Shown here: piece by piece, positions 9,299-19,771 of the stretch | Numbering within the stretch: position 1 is the stretch's first letter | Layout of the letters: every line of letters starts with the position of its first letter | Source: Candidatus Heimdallarchaeota archaeon | GTDB taxonomy: Archaea; Asgardarchaeota; Heimdallarchaeia; JABLTI01 | Length of the DNA stretch: 64,000 bases | NCBI GenBank assembly: GCA_019056785.1 | Contig: DXJV01000029.1 | Location: 89,731 to 153,730 of the forward strand | Reading direction: 5' to 3' | The notes under the pieces: model-generated | The model's input: only the letters and a program-made list of their open reading frames with translations | What the model was told of the DNA's origin: nothing | The model's database searches: none | Position numbers and translations under genes: made by a program

Positions 9299-11497
9299 TC
9301 ACTTTCTTTTTTCGTTTTTTATTGCAATGGTTTCAAAAGAGAGCTTTGGTTGATGGGTTACTGGCAAGCAATTAACAGTTTGAAGCGAGAGATGGGGATA
9401 CAGCTGGATAGTGGGTATTCCAGATGAAAAACTGACACTAATTTTATTTATTGCTTGGTGAGGGGACGGAGCACTAGCAGAGCTTGGCGGCATGGTCTGT
9501 TCAATAGTAGTATTACTCAGCCATTCAAAAACATTGACTAAAAAGTCCAAGTTATTTGTAGACGAGTATTTTCCATTCACACCCCAATTGTCAGCCATAA
9601 AATTGGAACCCGAAACAATAACACGACCAGAGGAATTTGTTGCAGATTCATACGCTGCAACTGCAATGTTAGTAGAAGTCTGATACCAAGCGATACCTTT
9701 GGAATTGTTGCCAGAAAGAGCTAGCTTCGCACCTAAAAAGTCGAAGTTAGTTAAATCGGCAGTCACAGGATGAGTCGAATCCATATCGGTAATTAAAACA
9801 ACATTGTAGGAGTCGGTTTCTTCGTCATAAATAATCTGCGAGGGAATAGAATCATTTGTGAAAGTGATATTGAAGTTCTTGGTTAATCTGTTGGTTTCAT
9901 TTAATGCAGCAGTACCGCTCCAAGCCCCAAGAACAAACAACCCATGACCAGATTCCACAAAATTGACAATATTTGTTATAGTTTGGTTTGTAAAAGGAAT
10001 ATAATAATTGACGAGTTCTTGATCAGTTCTCATTGCTAAGCCAAAAGTATTTGGATCAGCAATAACAAGAGCATCAAAGTTTTCCAAGTGAGTGAAATTA
10101 TCAGGATGAGTTAATTCCACAAAAGTAATCCCTTCATCGGCAAGCTTTAAGCGAAACTCGAGAAATTGCCCGAAGAGATGATCAATAGACCATGCTGAGT
10201 GGAAAATATCAAAACCAACACGAACTTTTGGTGGGGCAATATTGACTGAGACATCTATTGCAAATGACTCGCCTAAACTACTCTCAACGATGATTGACTC
10301 TTCGTGCACCCCAAGAGGAAAGTTACTCGAGATATTAAAGAGACAATCGACAACACCACTCTGGTTAATGAGAACACTATTGGGGGTCTGAACAAGAGAG
10401 TCGCCTAAGGTATTAGTAGTGAAAGTGAATGTTTGTTGAAGGGGGCTAATAATTGTTATTGGAAAATGCCAGATGTCACCTTGAAAAGCAGTTGGCATGG
10501 AAAAAGGCAACTTATCAGGAAAAATAAAGCTCACTAAAGGCCAACCATTGCTCTTCGGTGCTTGAGTGATAATTGTTTTTGCCACCTCAACATCGGCTAT
10601 GCCAGCACCCATTGAATAAGGCGGGTAGGGGTAGTCAAAAGAAGCGCTTTGCATTAGAGCGGCTTTCAACAAGCCGGGAGAGGTTTTGTAGCCTTGAGCT
10701 CTGCACCAAGAGAGGAGGACGGCCGCTTTTCCAGAAACTTTTGGGGCTGAAAAACTGGTACCAATGGCGATTAATGTAAAGCCGGAATCCAACAAATCAG
10801 GTTTTATACGATGATCCTTTAAAGGGCCAATGCTACTATAGGCAGCCACGCCCTCAACCGTGGAGGCGCCAACAGTAATCGCTTGTAATGCATCACCGGG
10901 AGAATCAATGGTAGAAAGTGCATAACCGGTTTCATCGCCACTATTTCCAGCAGAAACAACAGTCAAAACGCCTTTTTCAAATGCAATGCGATTAATGAGT
11001 TCCACAATGGTATTATTACTTATAATTGGCCCACCAATTGAGAGATTAATAATGTCTGCATCGGCTTCATATGCAGCCCAGTAAATAGCAGCGTAAATCG
11101 CTGGGTAGGTGGCAGAGCCTTCTGAATCAGCACACCGAGCAATGATAAGCTTTGCTTGAGGCGCAATGCCAAACGAACGGCTGGCAATTTGCAAAGCTAC
11201 TAAAGTACCATGATGATAGGGAGTATCATCAACAATTGAAGCGTTATTAGCATAACCAAATTCTGTTGTCACGAAACTTTTTGTAGTGATAATAGAACCC
11301 TGCAATTCTCGTGAAACTTTGTAGCCGGCAATACGAGCAGTCATGTCGATGCCTGAATCCAAGACAGCAATTTTTACGCCCTCACCGCCTTCCCGCGGAG
11401 GAATCCAAACCGAAACAAACACAAGTGCTCCGATAGAAGAAACAACAATAATAATGACAATCGCCCAGATCGCCGTTCGCAGATTTTTTTCAGCCAT
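9299..11497 (-). CDS. Membrane-anchored S8 subtilase with C-terminal GATase-like/DUF4350-type domain (site-1 protease-like architecture)
   Basis: N-terminal TM helix; catalytic D (VLDSG), H (HHGT), oxyanion N (SAGNSG) and S (GTSFSAP); NLSIGGP. C-terminal part has FD..H, 'GHGLFVLG' and 'GRVIVSG'. Confidence 0.85.
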   Translation of the reverse strand: MAEKNLRTAIWAIVIIIVVSSIGALVFVSVWIPPREGGEGVKIAVLDSGIDMTARIAGYKVSRELQGSIITTKSFVTTEFGYANNASIVDDTPYHHGTLVALQIASRSFGIAPQAKLIIARCADSEGSATYPAIYAAIYWAAYEADADIINLSIGGPIISNNTIVELINRIAFEKGVLTVVSAGNSGDETGYALSTIDSPGDALQAITVGASTVEGVAAYSSIGPLKDHRIKPDLLDSGFTLIAIGTSFSAPKVSGKAAVLLSWCRAQGYKTSPGLLKAALMQSASFDYPYPPYSMGAGIADVEVAKTIITQAPKSNGWPLVSFIFPDKLPFSMPTAFQGDIWHFPITIISPLQQTFTFTTNTLGDSLVQTPNSVLINQSGVVDCLFNISSNFPLGVHEESIIVESSLGESFAIDVSVNIAPPKVRVGFDIFHSAWSIDHLFGQFLEFRLKLADEGITFVELTHPDNFTHLENFDALVIADPNTFGLAMRTDQELVNYYIPFTNQTITNIVNFVESGHGLFVLGAWSGTAALNETNRLTKNFNITFTNDSIPSQIIYDEETDSYNVVLITDMDSTHPVTADLTNFDFLGAKLALSGNNSKGIAWYQTSTNIAVAAYESATNSSGRVIVSGSNFMADNWGVNGKYSSTNNLDFLVNVFEWLSNTTIEQTMPPSSASAPSPHQAINKISVSFSSGIPTIQLYPHLSLQTVNCLPVTHQPKLSFETIAIKNEKRK

Positions 11498-11618
11498 ATT
11501 TTAAACACCGATTGTAGCTTTTTAGCAATTAATTTTTTAAGAAGGTTTTCCTATTTAAAAAAGATACTCATCTCATTAAAAGCTATTGTAATGAACATAA
11601 TTCGCGAGGGTTTAAAAA

Positions 11619-12077
11619 GTGGAAGATTGTTTTGAAATAGTCCCAATTGGGTTGGTGAAAAAAACTGAAACAGCTACGTGGCTTGAGGTTTTCGAAAAAT
11701 ATCAAAAGGGATTATTACGCCTCGAGGAATTTTCACATGTTAAAACGCACTGGTGGACAAGTGGACGCGACTCAAAAAAGGACCGACAAAAATTACGCGT
11801 GTACCCTCGTGTAAAACTAGGACCCAAGCAACATAAAGTGGACACACCTCTTTGTGGGGTGTTTGCAACACGAGCGCCCGTTCGCCCCAATCCGATTGGT
11901 TTAACAATCGCTAAAATTTCCCACATTGAGAAAAATCGTGTTTTCATTGATCGACATGATGCCTTTAATGATACGCCACTTATCGATTTAAAACCCTATA
12001 TCCCAAAATCCGATAGCATAGAAAATGTGAAATTACCAACTTTTTTCAGAGGACTGGCGGAAAAAAGAGAAAGATAA
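11619..12077 (+). CDS. tsaA: tRNA (N6-threonylcarbamoyladenosine(37)-N6)-methyltransferase TrmO/TsaA family
   Basis: PIG.V, GL..LEEFSH, GVFATRAP.RPNPIGLT and D.TP..D.KPY motifs. Confidence 0.9.
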   Translation: MEDCFEIVPIGLVKKTETATWLEVFEKYQKGLLRLEEFSHVKTHWWTSGRDSKKDRQKLRVYPRVKLGPKQHKVDTPLCGVFATRAPVRPNPIGLTIAKISHIEKNRVFIDRHDAFNDTPLIDLKPYIPKSDSIENVKLPTFFRGLAEKRER

Positions 12078-12105
12078 AAAAGAAAAGAAAAAAAAGAGGG
12101 GGAAT

Positions 12106-14955
12106 TTACATGAAAGTTAGGGCAATGCCCGGCCGTCCTGGCTCCGCCGCACGAGCTTTTGCATGATCTGATTTGGAGGCCAACATCACGACCACTTCTT
12201 TTGCTTTGAATTCTCGTTTGTAGTACTCAAGTGCATCTGTTATAGCTGCTAGTTCTGCTCTCTGGCTAAGAGTTGAGTCGTAGCCGGGGTTTTTCATAAG
12301 TTTTTGGGCATATTTTGCAGCAGCATTGCCTGCTTTCCGGATGGTCTCCTCTTGCATTATTTTTGCAATGAGATTGTCAGGTTTTTGCCGGCGAATGGAG
12401 AGCACTTTGTACATCCATTTCGGTGCGATAAAAATCTCGATTTTTTCCAATGCTTTCTTTTGCCGTTTCTTAATAGCATTAAAAATGCCTTCAATATCTT
12501 CTCGTACATTTCGAATTAGGCGTTCTTCTTCTTCGAGTTTCTTGTTAATCAATCGTTTATTGGGCTTCGGGAAGGGTCGATGACAAGCAAAAGTCTTTGC
12601 TTTCCTGACTTTTTCATTTATTTCTTCAGCAAAATGAGGTATAATGGGGGTCATGAGGTCTACCAAAGTTAAGAGTGCGGTTCTGTAGCCCGGTCCTCGA
12701 ATTGCACCGGAACGTGCTTCGTACCATTTTAAGTCATTTAAAATGTCAAAGAAGCCCGAACTAATAGCACTTCGAGTTCGCTGATTTTGATAATGATTAG
12801 CAGTATCGGCAATGCGTGTTTGTAATTTGCTCAAAATCCAGCGGTCAATCTGTCGTTCTTCGTCCGAGAATTTCCCCTTGGTCAATTCGTGGAAGATCAT
12901 TGACATGCGTTTCTTCGCAGCTTCAACATCAGCATAACGGAAACTGGCATCCGTGTATCCTTCACCACAATAAGCTAAACCGAACCTTGAAGCATCAGCA
13001 CCAAAACGTTGGACGATTTCGTCTAAGGAGATAGTATTGCCAGCGCTTTTACTCATTTTATCACCTTCAACTTGAATCATCCCATTAGCTTCAATTTCAA
13101 GTGGGTAGTGCCCTTTCGGAAAGACAGCCAAGTGCTGAAAGATGTAGAATGTTAAGTGGTTAAAGATCAATTCTTTTGCACTTGCGCGATAATCAGGGGG
13201 GTAGAAATATTCGAACTCTTCTTTCATTTCTTTGATCAAAGCCATGTCCAGCCCTGATTTCTTCTGAGCTTCTTCTAAGGTTGCTTTGTTCCGGAAGATA
13301 TAATCGAATAATTCATTGGGTAATTGTTCAGGAGTTAAATTGTGCTCATTAACGATACGGGCGATGGTATAAAATGCCATGTAAATGGTACTATCTGAAA
13401 GAGTTTCCACAATCCATTCTGGGTCCCATGGCAAGGGGGTGCCTAAACCGCTCTTTCTCGCACAAGCCTTATCTTGCAACCAATCGATGGTATATTCAAA
13501 TGATTGTCGAGCTTCGGGGGGATAGATTGTCATCTTTTTCGCTAAGTGATTACGAGCCCGTTGTTTCCATTTCTCATTGCCATATGTGATGAACCATTGA
13601 TCCTTGAGAATTTTTATATGATTTTTCGTTTGACAACGGCAAATGACAGGTGAGGCGGTTTCCCACATTGAGGAGGAGATCTTTTGCGCTTTAAGATCCT
13701 TTATCAAGTGCTCTTTAATTTCACTTACTTTAATGCCGGCGTATTTGCCGCAATTTTCACGCATCACACCGGAATGGAACTCTTTCTTGTAAATTTCCTG
13801 AGTTGCTTCCTCGGTTTTAGGATCATTTTGCGTTTGGATGCCCATCTTCTCAATGATATCTTTAGCTGGGTGTTCTCCCAGTCCTTCTGTTTTAATCATA
13901 GAGATCAATTGAATATCAGCAGCAAAATCTCCAGGCAAACCGTATTTCGTAAGCATTTCTGGCTTTGTCCACAAATCACGTAAAGCGACATAATCAAAGG
14001 GAGCATGACTGGGAACACTCATCACAACACCGGTCGTGTGATCAACCTCTACAAAAGTTGCCGGCAAAATTTTAATGTCAACTTCTCGAATAGGAGCATG
14101 ACAAGTTTTTCCAATGAGTTCTAACCCTTTGAATTTTCGAATAACTTTTACTTTATGCAGCTGATCCTCTAACTTCAAGACAGTCGGTTCTGAAACAAAC
14201 CATTTCTCGCCATCGACTTCGGCTTCCACATAATCGCCATCAGGGTTTATCCACATATTAGTAACACCAAAGATGGTTTCAGGGCGTAAAGTTGCCGGGA
14301 CAAGATACCCATCCTCGAAGGGGAATTTTAGTAAGATGAACTCTACAGGTGAAACGCCTTCACCTTTTAATCGGTCGTGGTCGCCTGTGGGGCTTTGACA
14401 GTGACTGCACCAAACAACAGGGTGTGTGCCTTTTTTCACGTAACCTAATTTCCGCAGAGTTTCATATTGCCATTCGATAAACCGGCTGAAAGGGGGGCAG
14501 AGAGTAGTGGTGACAAATTCACGTCGCCAGTCAATACTCATCCCAAATTTGGTAAAAGTTTTTTTCGCCAGAATTTTGTAATAGTTTGAGATGTGGAGGG
14601 GGTCAGTGAACTTTTTCATCTCCGATTCAGGGACACCACTTTGTTTCAAGATTCGAATTTGCACTGGGTCGCCTTTCTTCACTCGTTCAGCCACGCCTTG
14701 TATGGGTTGCCCGGTCGCATGCCAGCCTTGAGCGAAAAAGACATTGTACCCCTGCATTCGTTTATAACGGGCATATACATCCACTTTCATGGAGGTATAG
14801 CCATGCCCTACATGGATCTTCCCATTAAGATAGACGATGGGGAAAGAAACCAAGAATTTCTTTCGGGATTGGTCAACATTGGCTTCGTAAATTTTCGCCT
14901 TAGCCCATCGTTTTTGCCATTTTGCTTCAACTGCAAATGCATCGTATTCGTTCAT
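12106..14955 (-). CDS. leuS: Leucine--tRNA ligase (archaeal/eukaryotic type)
   Basis: Y.NG..HVGH, IDWRREF.TT, ATLRPET.FG.TN editing domain, GVVMSVPSHAP.D, KMSKS and C-terminal A.PGRPGI. Confidence 0.97.
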   Translation of the reverse strand: MNEYDAFAVEAKWQKRWAKAKIYEANVDQSRKKFLVSFPIVYLNGKIHVGHGYTSMKVDVYARYKRMQGYNVFFAQGWHATGQPIQGVAERVKKGDPVQIRILKQSGVPESEMKKFTDPLHISNYYKILAKKTFTKFGMSIDWRREFVTTTLCPPFSRFIEWQYETLRKLGYVKKGTHPVVWCSHCQSPTGDHDRLKGEGVSPVEFILLKFPFEDGYLVPATLRPETIFGVTNMWINPDGDYVEAEVDGEKWFVSEPTVLKLEDQLHKVKVIRKFKGLELIGKTCHAPIREVDIKILPATFVEVDHTTGVVMSVPSHAPFDYVALRDLWTKPEMLTKYGLPGDFAADIQLISMIKTEGLGEHPAKDIIEKMGIQTQNDPKTEEATQEIYKKEFHSGVMRENCGKYAGIKVSEIKEHLIKDLKAQKISSSMWETASPVICRCQTKNHIKILKDQWFITYGNEKWKQRARNHLAKKMTIYPPEARQSFEYTIDWLQDKACARKSGLGTPLPWDPEWIVETLSDSTIYMAFYTIARIVNEHNLTPEQLPNELFDYIFRNKATLEEAQKKSGLDMALIKEMKEEFEYFYPPDYRASAKELIFNHLTFYIFQHLAVFPKGHYPLEIEANGMIQVEGDKMSKSAGNTISLDEIVQRFGADASRFGLAYCGEGYTDASFRYADVEAAKKRMSMIFHELTKGKFSDEERQIDRWILSKLQTRIADTANHYQNQRTRSAISSGFFDILNDLKWYEARSGAIRGPGYRTALLTLVDLMTPIIPHFAEEINEKVRKAKTFACHRPFPKPNKRLINKKLEEEERLIRNVREDIEGIFNAIKKRQKKALEKIEIFIAPKWMYKVLSIRRQKPDNLIAKIMQEETIRKAGNAAAKYAQKLMKNPGYDSTLSQRAELAAITDALEYYKREFKAKEVVVMLASKSDHAKARAAEPGRPGIALTFM

Positions 14956-15474
14956 TTTCTCTTTAGACTCCTTTACATCGACTGTTTTCTATTGATTCTT
15001 CCGAGGAATTAGCTGCTTGTAAACAAATGGAGGTATAGCACAAATTCGCTTTAAAATTCTTCTGACTAGCAATGAAATGCCCTCTCAGGGGGGGTGAAGA
15101 AACAAAGATTGTCTGAGACTCATACCACGAGCCAGTAGAACTAACAGTAAAACTGGCAGGATAGTGACAAACATCGGCGCGTGGAGAAGAAAAAGCAATT
15201 CGGGCAATCATGCCTTCTTTCCAATAACTAAAACGAGAAGAGAATCTGTTATTAGGTAAGAAGAACACTATTCCTCATTTAAAATTCCTCGAATTATTCT
15301 ACCCACCTATTCTTTTAAAGGTTTCTTAATTTCTGTGAGTAGGTTGAGCGGTAAAAAAAAGGGTCGAACCAGAAGAGAAAAACTGAAGAAAATTTGCCGA
15401 AAAAAGGATGTTTTAATATGGAAGATGAGCTGTTTAGTTAAACCCTACAGTTTGGAAAGGAGTTTGTAGACAAA

Positions 15475-16215
15475 ATGCTTGTTGATATGCATATCCACAC
15501 CAATGTTAGCTATGACTCAAAAATCAAAGTAGGGTTGCTAGTACGTAAGTTGAAAGAATTGCGAATTGCTGGATGTGCAATCACAGATCATAACTCTTTG
15601 GATGCAATTGCAAAAGCAAAGGAAATAGGGAAAAAATACAACATCAAAATCTTCGCCGGTGTGGAAATATCAACACGAGAAGGGCATATTTTGGCCTATG
15701 GACTGACTGAGCGACCACCGGACCATCGCGCTGTTGCTGAAACAATCGAATGGGTGCATGAGCATGGAGGAGTTACTTGTTGTGCTCACCCTTTCAGAAA
15801 ATACGAACATAGTGTAGGGGATAATGTCTACCATTATCATTTTGATGCGATCGAAATCAACGGCAGGAGCTTTTTCTCCCAAAACAGAGCAGCAGAACTG
15901 GCTAGCAAATTAATGAACGTAAGCTTAATTGGTGGAAGCGATGCTCATTACCTCCAAAAAGTTGGTAGAGTGACGACAAACTTCTACGACGAGATCGAAA
16001 CTGAAGATCAATTAATCGAAGCAATCAGGAAAGGAGCATGTGAAGTACAATATGACATACAAAAAAGCTACAAACCAGAGCTAATACAGGCGATACCAAA
16101 AGACGAACTAAACATACTGGAGAGGTTTATAGAAATAAGAAGAGAACCACAAGCAGCAATCATTGAATCGGTCGGGAAACGGATACGCTTTATCGATGCC
16201 AACTTGCAGAAATAA
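15475..16215 (+). CDS. PHP-domain metal-dependent phosphoesterase
   Basis: DMHIHT..S.D, AITDHN, GVEIS...GH, AHP and GGSDAH. Confidence 0.9.
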   Translation: MLVDMHIHTNVSYDSKIKVGLLVRKLKELRIAGCAITDHNSLDAIAKAKEIGKKYNIKIFAGVEISTREGHILAYGLTERPPDHRAVAETIEWVHEHGGVTCCAHPFRKYEHSVGDNVYHYHFDAIEINGRSFFSQNRAAELASKLMNVSLIGGSDAHYLQKVGRVTTNFYDEIETEDQLIEAIRKGACEVQYDIQKSYKPELIQAIPKDELNILERFIEIRREPQAAIIESVGKRIRFIDANLQK

Positions 16216-16332
16216 TGGCACTCACAAACAATAAAAAAACGCCTTTTTCTATTTAAAAAAGAGTAATGCAAGATATACCACATTTTGCGAAAGCTTTAAA
16301 ATAAGAAGTTAAAAAAGGAAATTCAGAACATT

Positions 16333-16407
16333 GCACCGATAGTCTAGTGGCTAGGACCCATGCCTGCCTAGTATGGAACGCGGGTTCGAATCCCGCTCGG
16401 TGCACCA
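16333..16407 (+). tRNA. tRNA-Gly(GCC), CCA encoded
   Basis: Acceptor stem GCACCGA/TCGGTGC, D-arm, anticodon stem CATGC/GTATG with loop CT-GCC-TA, T-arm GCGGG-TTCGAAT-CCCGC. Confidence 0.92.
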
Positions 16408-16789
16408 CAATTATTTTCTCGCCCCATCTTTTTTGTCAGCAATTTTTTTAGTCGACTCAGCTTAAAGCATGAATTAAATGAACCAACCGCGATAGAAAAA
16501 TTCTCAGAATAAAGGGCTGGTAATCCGAAAACAAGGTAAATTATCCCCAAAGCAAATAGAATGAAGAGAAGAAAAACATTGTTTCTGTCTTGATTTACAA
16601 GTCATTTTCGATTAAGAAAACAGCTAAAAATACAAGCAGTTTAAGACAATCGTCTTTTATTAGAATTATAAATCAAATAGAAAGACTTCATAAACTGAAA
16701 GATAATGAAATAGAGGGTCATTGTAGCTATACGTTTGGAAATAGAAAAAAAGCCAGCCATAGAGTAGATCTAGGCTTGGCAATTAGGCG

Positions 16790-18115
16790 TTATTTATTTA
16801 GAATAATGTCCCTCAAAATTTTCTCTTTTTTCTTATTTTGTCTCCTAGTATAAATGATTGGCAGAATGAAAATCGACCCAATTATGGTAATGTAAACTAT
16901 TGTTTTGATATATGGCATCCAATACCCAGGAGGTTTACCACTATAGAAAGTCAGATTTAGAATACAGATCCCGTCTATAAAGGTTTGCAAATAGATATAA
17001 CTTTCATGCGAAAAAACACCAACAGCACAACTAGAGGCCACTAAATTCTGTTCTAATAATTTTGGTTTAGAAGGGTCACTAGCATCGAGAACATAAAAAC
17101 CGTTCATATCGGTTGCTTCGAAAACATATTTCCCATTGACAGCAATATCCCAAATATTTTCAGTCGTATAACGATAACCTACTGGATAATCCTTTTCCCC
17201 ATAATAATGACCGATTCTTATGGGGCTGGTGCTGTTTTTTGTGATATCAAGTATAAAGAGACCGTGACACCCGGTGCCAAGATATACATATGAACCATTT
17301 ATTGTGACACTAAACCCATATATGTCTGTATACATCTTATCTTCAAAATAGCCAACAATAACAGGATTTAGAGGATCACTTATGTTAATAATCTTTAGAG
17401 GAGGGCCTGTATTATCTGTCACATAAGCAAGGGAACCCTTAATTGCAAGATCCCAAACTTCCCCAAATATATCAAATTGTTCAACCATTATAGGTTGAGT
17501 TGGATCACTGATATTAACAATGACTAACCCGCCTCTATGAGCAGCTAAGTAAGCATAGTCACCTTGAAGAGCAATAGTTTGAACATTACCGGGAGTAGGA
17601 CAGTGTCCTATGAACGTGATATTTTCAAGATCACTGATATTTAGGATCGTTAAGCCAGTTTTACCAGCAACATACAAGTAGTTATCTCGTAAAGCGAGGG
17701 TTTCCAGACTATAATTGTCAAAAGAATACTCTGCAACAAATGTTGGTGAAGCCGGATTACTCACATCAATTATTGTAGGGTTACGCCCGATAATGCTAAA
17801 GATGTAGTTATCTTGCATGGCAAATCCCAAGCCTCTTTTTACTTCATCAGGGGGGTAATATGCTAGCAATGTAGATACAGTATAGTCATTAATTTGCATA
17901 GGCGGGTCAACTTTTGGATTAATGGCTCGTTGGAAATTATTCACTGTCAAAGGCGGAGCTGTAAAAATAGGCACTATTGAAAAAGTCATTACTAAAAGGA
18001 GAAAAACGGAACAGAAGATAGAAGTGATTTTTGTCAAAGAAAAAAGGATACTTATCGAACAAAAATTTCTGTTCTTGGTTAAGCGATTTTTTTTATTTGT
18101 CATTTTTTCTCCCAT
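16790..18115 (-). CDS. LVIVD-repeat (beta-propeller) surface protein with N- and C-terminal TM segments
   Basis: Repeats such as YLYVAG..GLTILNISD, YAYLA...GLVIVNISDP..P, YVYLG...GLFILDI and GFYVLDASDPSKP. Confidence 0.88.
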   Translation of the reverse strand: MGEKMTNKKNRLTKNRNFCSISILFSLTKITSIFCSVFLLLVMTFSIVPIFTAPPLTVNNFQRAINPKVDPPMQINDYTVSTLLAYYPPDEVKRGLGFAMQDNYIFSIIGRNPTIIDVSNPASPTFVAEYSFDNYSLETLALRDNYLYVAGKTGLTILNISDLENITFIGHCPTPGNVQTIALQGDYAYLAAHRGGLVIVNISDPTQPIMVEQFDIFGEVWDLAIKGSLAYVTDNTGPPLKIINISDPLNPVIVGYFEDKMYTDIYGFSVTINGSYVYLGTGCHGLFILDITKNSTSPIRIGHYYGEKDYPVGYRYTTENIWDIAVNGKYVFEATDMNGFYVLDASDPSKPKLLEQNLVASSCAVGVFSHESYIYLQTFIDGICILNLTFYSGKPPGYWMPYIKTIVYITIIGSIFILPIIYTRRQNKKKEKILRDIILNK

Positions 18116-18478
18116 TTTATTATCAACTAGAACTTAAAGATAAAAACATATTTAGTTAAAAATAAATAAGTTCGAATATATTTTTATACCTTTGCTTTTC
18201 TTAAAACAATAGACACTTTTGTAGAAGAAAAAAACAATGGGAAAAATAAAGAATGCTTCTTCTCTCCTCTTTTACCTTAAACAAAACAATCTACTGTAAT
18301 TGGGGGTCTTTTGCTGAAATTTCTTTTCAGAAAGATGAATTAAAAATTAGAGATACCAAAAATTCGTTAGGAATAACTACCACAAAATTAGGGGAACTTC
18401 TCAGAACAGATTATATACAATAAAAGTAACATTTAAAAAACAAAACAAACAGCACAACACTGGATGAGAACTAACATT

Positions 18479-18584
18479 GGGCGTATGGCTCAGCCAGGTA
18501 GAGCGGAGGACTCTTAAGAGAAAAAGAGGTTCTTCACTCAGAAATATCCTTAAGTCGGGGGTTCGAATCCCCCTACGCCTACCA
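18479..18584 (+). tRNA. tRNA-Lys(CTT) with 29-nt intron at canonical 37/38 position (18517-18545), CCA encoded
   Basis: Acceptor GGGCGTA/TACGCCT, D-stem GCTC/GAGC, anticodon stem GAGGA/TCCTT interrupted after CT-CTT-A. BHB-like pairing (GAG/CTC, CTCT/AGAA, 3-nt bulges). T-arm GGGGG-TTCGAAT-CCCCC. Confidence 0.92.
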
Positions 18585-18727
18585 TTTCTTCTCTTTCTAA
18601 TGTTTTATTTGCTCATGATAAAAATAGAAGAAAATTGACCGTTTGTTTTTTTAAGAAAACTTTTTCTTTCGAGAAGGCGATAGTTTAGTAATGAATAAGC
18701 ACGCAGTTGTTTAGGAGTTTCTTACTA

Positions 18728-18952
18728 ATGGTTGAGCCTAAATGTCCGGAATGCGGCAACAATGAATTTGAGTATCGTTATATTTTTCCCGAAGGGAAAA
18801 CGCAGGAGTGGAAAGAGCGGAGGATCCAGTTTAAAGCCGACGGTCGTAATGACCAATGGATTGAAGACATTAAGAAGCAATTCAATGAAGCGCATCCTTG
18901 TGCCATTGTTTTTTGCACTAAGTGTGGTCATATTATTGGTGCCGCCAAATAA
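18728..18952 (+). CDS. Small zinc-ribbon protein (CPECG...CTKCG)
   Basis: ATG 18728 follows AGGAG. Two CxxCG knuckles. Confidence 0.7.
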   Translation: MVEPKCPECGNNEFEYRYIFPEGKTQEWKERRIQFKADGRNDQWIEDIKKQFNEAHPCAIVFCTKCGHIIGAAK

Positions 18953-19079
18953 ATTATGCTTTCATGTTATGCTAACGTTATCACATCACCTTTCAGCCTC
19001 TTCTCTTTTACGTTATTTTCATTTTACCACAAGAGATAAAAAGAGGGGAACAGCCTAAAGTTCTTTAGAAGTAGAAAAA

Positions 19080-19625
19080 ATGCAGGAGGAAAATCCAACG
19101 CCCTCTGAGAAAGTTGCTGCTCTGCGGCAATTCTTTGTTTCACCACCCCCGAAAAAAGGCAAACATCATCGTATTCTTGTTTTTGGTACTTTTGATATTA
19201 TTCATCCTGCTCATTTACGCTTTCTTACTGAAGCCCGAGTTGCGACAAACTGTCCTGACTGTGAGCTTGTTGTCGTTCTTTCACGTGACAGCTCCATCGA
19301 GCGCATTAAAGGCCGGAAACCCATTTTTAGTGAAGAGCAACGCTTAAAACTCATCAGTGGCTTACGGCTGGTAGATTATGCCTGCTTGGGCAATGAAGGA
19401 ACGGACCATTTCCGAATCATCCTTGATATTGAACCGGATTACATCGTCCTTGGTTATGACCAGCTTCTGGAGGAACGGCCATTACTCGAGTTCATTCAAC
19501 GGCATCAACTCCAAACAAAGGTTCTACGATTACCGAAATTTGAGAGTGGGGACCTCTGTAGCTCTTCTGAAGTGCGGAAAAAAGTCCTTCAAATGTATAA
19601 CTCGGAAAAAGAAAAAGCAATTTAA
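19080..19625 (+). CDS. ribL: FAD synthase / cytidylyltransferase-family nucleotidyltransferase
   Basis: GTFDIIHPAH, LVVV..RD, KGRKPI..E.QR, PDYIVLGYDQ and SSS. Confidence 0.8.
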   Translation: MQEENPTPSEKVAALRQFFVSPPPKKGKHHRILVFGTFDIIHPAHLRFLTEARVATNCPDCELVVVLSRDSSIERIKGRKPIFSEEQRLKLISGLRLVDYACLGNEGTDHFRIILDIEPDYIVLGYDQLLEERPLLEFIQRHQLQTKVLRLPKFESGDLCSSSEVRKKVLQMYNSEKEKAI

Positions 19626-19771
19626 CGGAAGTCTAATTAAAAGTAATTTTTCTATGCTTTAGAATTACCTCAATCTTTTTTTTATCAGCATGAGTCTAAT
19701 TTCCTGTTTAGGAGGTTGTTACCATCACTTGCACTTTTTCTTTTTTTCCCATTTGCCCTATAATGGAAATG

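Noticed and set aside
15070-15116. Possible C/D box sRNA (TGAAGA...CTGA)
   Set aside because: Box C and D' are poor matches and no rRNA/tRNA target could be verified.
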